DNA of 64,000 nt from a bacterium (GTDB lineage Bacteria > SZUA-182 > DTGQ01 > JAFGSM01). The stretch is from contig JBLIRN010000013.1 in NCBI GenBank assembly GCA_049472315.1, positions 1-64,000 on the forward strand. The letters are read 5' to 3'. Positions 59,336-64,000 of this stretch are shown here, piece by piece. The translations under genes were made by a program, and so were the position numbers. The notes under the pieces were generated by a model. The model was not told the origin of the DNA. It did no database searches and worked only from the letters and a program-made list of their open reading frames with translations. How positions within the stretch are numbered: the first letter of the stretch is position 1; each line of letters opens with the position of its first letter.

Positions 59336-60247
59336 ATGGATGAAGAGCACAAGGAAGGGAATACCACCGAGGATCACTCCGTCAAGATAGCCGGCATTCA
59401 GATGGTGTGTCACCAGGAGACCGCCAGGAACCTGGAAAAGGCCCTCGGGCTCATCGACATGGCCGTGGAACAGGGTGCGCGGATCATATGCCTGCAGGAG
59501 TTCTTTCACACCCCCTGGTTTCCAGCCAGTGCGGACGAGGAAAATTTCAGGTTCGCCGAGGAGATATCGGGGCCCGTGGTGAGCGGCTTACGGAAGAAGG
59601 CGCGGGAAAAGGGGGTGGTGCTTGTTTCCCCCATCTTCGAGAAGGCCATGGACGGGCTCAACTTCAGCACCACGGTGGTCATCGATGCGAATGGAAAGAT
59701 TGCAGGGAAATATCGCAAGAACCACGTCCCCAACGTGCCCTGCTGGGAAGAGGGCTACTACTGCGGCAGGGGGGATCTGGGATTTCCCGTTTTTCCCACC
59801 AGGTGGGGGGTCATAGGGGTGCAGATGTGCTGGGATAATTTTTATCCCGAGGGCTCCCGGATCCTCGCCCTGAAAGGGGCCCAGGTCATCTTCTGCCCCA
59901 CCGCGTGCGCCTTTGCCTCCCAGGGCAAATGGGAGAAGGTGATCGCGGCGAATGCCGTGAACAACGCGGTTTTCTGTTTCCGGGTGAATCGGGTGGGAAA
60001 GGAAAACGGCCTTGATTTCTATGGACAGAGTTTTTGCGTTGATCCCGAAGGGGAGTTCATCGCAGGCCCGAGCGGCCTCACCGACGCCGTGGTCCTCGCC
60101 TCGGTGGATCTGACCAGGATAGAGGACACCCGCCGGACCTGGAATTTTTTCAAGGAACGAAGGCCTGAGATCTACGGCGAGGTTGTGGGCAGGGACTGGC
60201 TCAAGGCCTTGAACAACATGGTGACCAAGAAAAGGGGGGGGGCGTGA
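59336..60247 (+). CDS. Carbon-nitrogen hydrolase (N-carbamoylputrescine amidase/ureidopropionase-like)
   Basis: CLQEF, YRKNHVP, MCWD catalytic E-K-C triad. Confidence 0.9.
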   Translation: MDEEHKEGNTTEDHSVKIAGIQMVCHQETARNLEKALGLIDMAVEQGARIICLQEFFHTPWFPASADEENFRFAEEISGPVVSGLRKKAREKGVVLVSPIFEKAMDGLNFSTTVVIDANGKIAGKYRKNHVPNVPCWEEGYYCGRGDLGFPVFPTRWGVIGVQMCWDNFYPEGSRILALKGAQVIFCPTACAFASQGKWEKVIAANAVNNAVFCFRVNRVGKENGLDFYGQSFCVDPEGEFIAGPSGLTDAVVLASVDLTRIEDTRRTWNFFKERRPEIYGEVVGRDWLKALNNMVTKKRGGA

Positions 60248-61104
60248 TGGCACGTATTGGTTGGCATGTGCAAGGGTGTGCGGTCATGATACTCGCATTT
60301 CTATGTCTTTGGGCGGGAGGCAGGTGCGCTGCCCAGTATTACGGGCTCTTCGGTACAAGTCTGGGGTATTTGAATCAGCCCTCTCTCACCACGGTTCCCT
60401 TTCAATGGGGACAATCCTGGCCGTCGTCCCAGTTGGGTCAACCGTGGTCAACGCCCCAGTGGGGACAATCCTGGTCGGGGTTCGGTATGACCCCCTATTC
60501 GGATATCAGGGTACTCCCCTCACTCTCTTATGGGGGCTCCACGCAGACCAAGACGATGAAGGAGGGCGAACTGATCGTGGGGTTCAGCGGTCAGGTCAGC
60601 ATCGAGCACCACACAGGCGGCCCACAGACCAACATAGCGGAGATCAACGAGCTTATCGAGCAGTTCGGGATCTATGAGATCCGCGCCTCACCCTCGGGGA
60701 CATTCCATGTCCTCAAGTTCCCCGATGGTCAGGATGTGGAGGAGGTGCACCAGGCATTTTCCGGTATCACCGGGTATGTGGAGTACACCGAACCCAACTA
60801 CATCACCAGAAGGGCACACTCCGGCTCCTCATCCATCACCTATCCCACTGCAGGGACCGGTTTATCCCTCTGGTCACAGGGTTCCCCGCTCCAGTCGTTC
60901 TCCCCTTCCATCACTTTTCCCTCTTACAATACGGGCACGGGCCTCGGCACCGGATGGGGGATCCAGCCGTTTACCTACTCCCAATCCTCGTTCGGCGGAT
61001 GGAACCAGTCGTTTCTGCAGCCCTCATACGGCACGTTCCGGTCGCCCTCATACAGCTCCTTCTGGCAGCCGTCGTCCGGCTCCTTCACTCGGTCCTGGTT
61101 GTAA
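60247..61104 (+). CDS. Secreted low-complexity protein with isolated subtilase-prodomain-like core
   Basis: Signal peptide; S/Q/W/F-rich flanks; EGELIVGF...VEYTEPNY core; no D/H/S catalytic motifs. Confidence 0.7.
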   Translation: MARIGWHVQGCAVMILAFLCLWAGGRCAAQYYGLFGTSLGYLNQPSLTTVPFQWGQSWPSSQLGQPWSTPQWGQSWSGFGMTPYSDIRVLPSLSYGGSTQTKTMKEGELIVGFSGQVSIEHHTGGPQTNIAEINELIEQFGIYEIRASPSGTFHVLKFPDGQDVEEVHQAFSGITGYVEYTEPNYITRRAHSGSSSITYPTAGTGLSLWSQGSPLQSFSPSITFPSYNTGTGLGTGWGIQPFTYSQSSFGGWNQSFLQPSYGTFRSPSYSSFWQPSSGSFTRSWL

Positions 61105-61140
61105 GGCAAGGGGAGACCGGCGTGCAACCCGAAACGACCT

Positions 61141-61974
61141 ATGGAGCGATTTAAGGAAGGGACATTGGATCACACGCAACCCATCATCACGCTGACAACG
61201 GATTTCGGCATCAGCGGACCCTTCGTGGGGAGCATGAAGGGGGTCATACTGGAGATAAACCCCCGGGCACAGATCATTGACATCTCCCACGGGATTGACC
61301 CCTTCGACCTCCTGGATGCAGCCTTTCTGGTAGGCTGCGCCTATTCCTATTTCCCCTCCGGCACCATCCACTGTATCGTTGTCGATCCGGGGGTGGGGGG
61401 CGAGAGGCGGCCCATTGTCGCACTCAGCACTCGATACTCGTTCGTGGCCCCGGACAACGGTGTGCTCTCCTATATCTACGAGCAGGAATCGATCGAGCGG
61501 GTCATTCATTTGAAGGAACCCGCCTACTTTCTTCCGCGGATCAGCCGGACCTTTCACGGGAGGGATATCTTTGCCCCGGCTGCAGCCTGGCTCTCGCGCG
61601 GGATCGATCCGCAGCGCATGGGGCCTACGATAGATGACTATGTGCGCTGCGATATTCCGCGACCGAGGGTCTCTATGAACGGCACCCGCATCCATGGTCG
61701 CGTGATTCACATCGATATATTCGGAAACCTGGTGACGAACATCCCGTTTTCCATGGTTGAACATCGTCTGGGACCCGGGGAATCGGGATTTACTGTGACC
61801 ATCAAGGATATTGTCATCGATCGCCTCTGCACGGCCTATGAGGATGCGGGGAAGGGCAAAACCGGGGTCATCATCGGAAGCCACGGCTATATCGAGCTTT
61901 TTTCCAATCAGGATTCCCTGGCCAAGAGGGGCGGCATTGCAAAGGGTGAACCGCTCGAGGTGATCCTCGAGTGA
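61141..61974 (+). CDS. SAM hydrolase/halogenase family (DUF62)
   Basis: ITLTTDFG, VVDPGVG, PDNG, TFHGRDIF, DIFGN. Confidence 0.93.
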   Translation: MERFKEGTLDHTQPIITLTTDFGISGPFVGSMKGVILEINPRAQIIDISHGIDPFDLLDAAFLVGCAYSYFPSGTIHCIVVDPGVGGERRPIVALSTRYSFVAPDNGVLSYIYEQESIERVIHLKEPAYFLPRISRTFHGRDIFAPAAAWLSRGIDPQRMGPTIDDYVRCDIPRPRVSMNGTRIHGRVIHIDIFGNLVTNIPFSMVEHRLGPGESGFTVTIKDIVIDRLCTAYEDAGKGKTGVIIGSHGYIELFSNQDSLAKRGGIAKGEPLEVILE

Positions 61975-61986
61975 GCAGGAGGAAGC

Positions 61987-63345
61987 ATGGATCGTTCATT
62001 GACGAATAAGGCCAGGGAGGTCCTGGACCGCTGCCTGAAGGGAAAGGCTACGGCAGGGGAGATATGCCTCATGGAATCAAGAAACATTCATCTCGAGGTG
62101 GAGCGCGGTGACATAGATGTCATCAAGAATTCCCAGGACCGGCTGTTGGCGGTGCGCGTACTCAGGGGCCATTCCCTCGGGTTTGCGTATTGCACCGATT
62201 TTTCACCCTCCTCCCTGGATATGCTGGTGGATCAGGTCATGAACTCGGCGGCAAGCACCGATGAGGACCCCCACTATCACTTTCCTGCCTCCCGGAAGGG
62301 AACAACCCCCGTGACCATGGACGAGCGGTTGTCCTCTGTTCCCCTCACGGAGAAGTTCAAGCGATGCCAGGAGATGGAGCGGGCTGCCTACCAGACCGAT
62401 TCCCGGATCAAGGTTGCGCGGCAGTTTTCCTATTCGGAGACCATCACCGACGTCTACCTGGTCAACTCCCACGGCCTCGAAGTGTCCTACGGCAAGAGTG
62501 CCTGCTCCACCTTTGCCATGGTGGTGGCCCAGGAGGGCTCGGATGCACAGATGGCATGGGAGATGGATATACAGACCTCCTATGACCGCCTGAGATGGGA
62601 CGAGGTGGGCCAGGGGGCTGCGCACAAGGCCCTTGCCCTGCTCGGCGCCCGGTCAATCGGCACCCGCAGGGCGCCGGTTATATTTTCTCCACCTGTGGGA
62701 ATCAGCATCATGGGCGCCTTTTCACCTGCCTTTTTTGCCGATGCGGTTCAGAAGGGCCGTTCCCTCATGGCGGGCCGCCTGGGACAGATCGTGGCCTCCC
62801 CTGCAGTGAGCCTGGTGGATAACGGGCTCCTTGAGGGGGGCCTTGCCACCGCCCCCTATGACGGGGAGGGGGTGCCCACGCAGAAGACGGTCATTGTGGA
62901 CAAGGGGAGGCTTGCCACCTACCTCTACGACAGCTATACCGCGCATAAGGACGGGGTAGCGTCGACCGGAAACGGGGTCAGGCCCGGATCGAAGTCCCAG
63001 CCCCAGGTGGGGGCCACGAATTTCTACGTCGAAAAGGGGACATGCACCGAGGACGAGCTTCTCGCCGACATCCGGGAGGGGTTCTATGTGACGGATGTCA
63101 TGGGCGCGCATACCATCAACCCGATCTCAGGTGATTACTCCCTGGGTGCCACCGGTCACTGGATCAAGGGGGGGCGGCGGGAATACCCGGTGCGGGGAGT
63201 GACCATCTCCGGAAACGTGCTGGATATGCTCACAAACATCTCCCGGTGCGCGGATAACCTCCGCTTCTACGGCCCCTTCGGCGCCCCCACCATACTGGTC
63301 TCGGGGATGATCATTGCGGGTGAGGAGACCGGTGCAGAGGGGTAA
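61987..63345 (+). CDS. pmbA: TldE/PmbA family protein
   Basis: YDGEGVP, STGNG, NPISGDYS; no HExxH seen, so TldE type. Confidence 0.88.
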   Translation: MDRSLTNKAREVLDRCLKGKATAGEICLMESRNIHLEVERGDIDVIKNSQDRLLAVRVLRGHSLGFAYCTDFSPSSLDMLVDQVMNSAASTDEDPHYHFPASRKGTTPVTMDERLSSVPLTEKFKRCQEMERAAYQTDSRIKVARQFSYSETITDVYLVNSHGLEVSYGKSACSTFAMVVAQEGSDAQMAWEMDIQTSYDRLRWDEVGQGAAHKALALLGARSIGTRRAPVIFSPPVGISIMGAFSPAFFADAVQKGRSLMAGRLGQIVASPAVSLVDNGLLEGGLATAPYDGEGVPTQKTVIVDKGRLATYLYDSYTAHKDGVASTGNGVRPGSKSQPQVGATNFYVEKGTCTEDELLADIREGFYVTDVMGAHTINPISGDYSLGATGHWIKGGRREYPVRGVTISGNVLDMLTNISRCADNLRFYGPFGAPTILVSGMIIAGEETGAEG

Positions 63346-63528
63346 ACAAGATACTCGTAATGGGTAACGCATGTTATCCTGATCATGGGATTCCCCTTCA
63401 AAGAGCCTTTTTATTGCATCACAAACAATGGTAAAAGGGTTGAGAATATACTGGCCCAGTTCTCCTCAAAAAATGCCCTTGAATCAATGAATTAAAAAAA
63501 ATGATAGAAAATTTTCTAAAAAATTTTC

Positions 63529-63557
63529 TTGACAAACCTTACCTTCCTAGTTATGAT
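63529..63557 (+). promoter_or_regulatory. sigma70 promoter TTGACA-N17-TATGAT in AT-rich region
   Basis: Near-perfect consensus; target gene probably lies beyond the window. Confidence 0.6.
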
Positions 63558-64000
63558 TAAAAAAGTTGATTTTCAGATATTACAGCGTAGCTTTTTATGA
63601 TTCTCCCAGGTATAGCTGGGCGGGAACTCTGAAACTGATCCATCAGGTAAAATTTATTGCCATTCAAAATGGCTATTCTTAAAAAATGACTCAGCTATTA
63701 GAATGGCAAAAGTCTGAATAAAAAAAGTGGGAATATTTAGAGTCATTTGAGAATCCATCCTCAACAAGGTTTTTTGTGCCTTAACCCTTTCTTTTTGCTT
63801 CTCTGAACGGTGTATTAGATATTAAATTCGAAATTGTTGTTCCAAGATAATAATTTCGGATATAAGATACTGATAAACTTGTTCTTTTTTCATTTCTGCA
63901 AAAGAATCTCTGGATATATTTAAACCATATTTTTAATTCAAGGCGATGATCAATACTATCGAAGTGTTCGGATTATAATGTCTAAAAAGGGCATTTATCA

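Noticed and set aside
61141..61974. Halogenase-based natural-product cluster
   Set aside because: Motifs and housekeeping context fit the common DUF62 SAM hydrolase
61987..63345. PmbA as the dedicated protease of the RiPP locus
   Set aside because: It lies about 50 kb away with no TldD partner in the window; no evidence links them

Overview
This 64-kb window looks like core chromosome from a GC-rich (roughly 55-60% in coding regions), probably Gram-negative anaerobe resembling Desulfobacterota or Nitrospirota. That assignment is inferred from a cytochrome c3, a sigma54 two-component system, DUF362 proteins, an AhbA-like gene and tRNA-Sec. Housekeeping content includes nrdR, murJ, rpsT, nnr, fdhD, the yceD-rpmF-plsX-fab-rnc-tatA operon, pgi, a DinG-like helicase, M23-secA, a PmbA-like gene and three tRNAs (Asp, Val, Sec). 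The most notable signals are: (1) a compact candidate radical-SAM RiPP locus with an unannotated 20-aa Cys-rich precursor (MTIKKVTKRSKGLCKCKNSC), a leaky terminator, a 7-Cys partner protein and an RRE-rSAM-SPASM maturase; (2) an acyl-CoA dehydrogenase/EtfB/ferredoxin-EtfA module inside the fatty-acid synthesis operon, which shows no FabI/K/V, suggesting an electron-bifurcating enoyl-ACP reductase; (3) four dispersed secreted Tyr/Gly/aromatic low-complexity proteins, including a subtilase and a catalytic-domain-free subtilase prodomain, two of which share a leader DNA motif; (4) a structured sigma54 leader or sRNA, a DnaA-box cluster away from dnaA, an apparent AUA start for fabD, MITE- and REP-like repeats, and group IIC intron 5' remnants. 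All calls come from reading motifs by eye; no searches were run.
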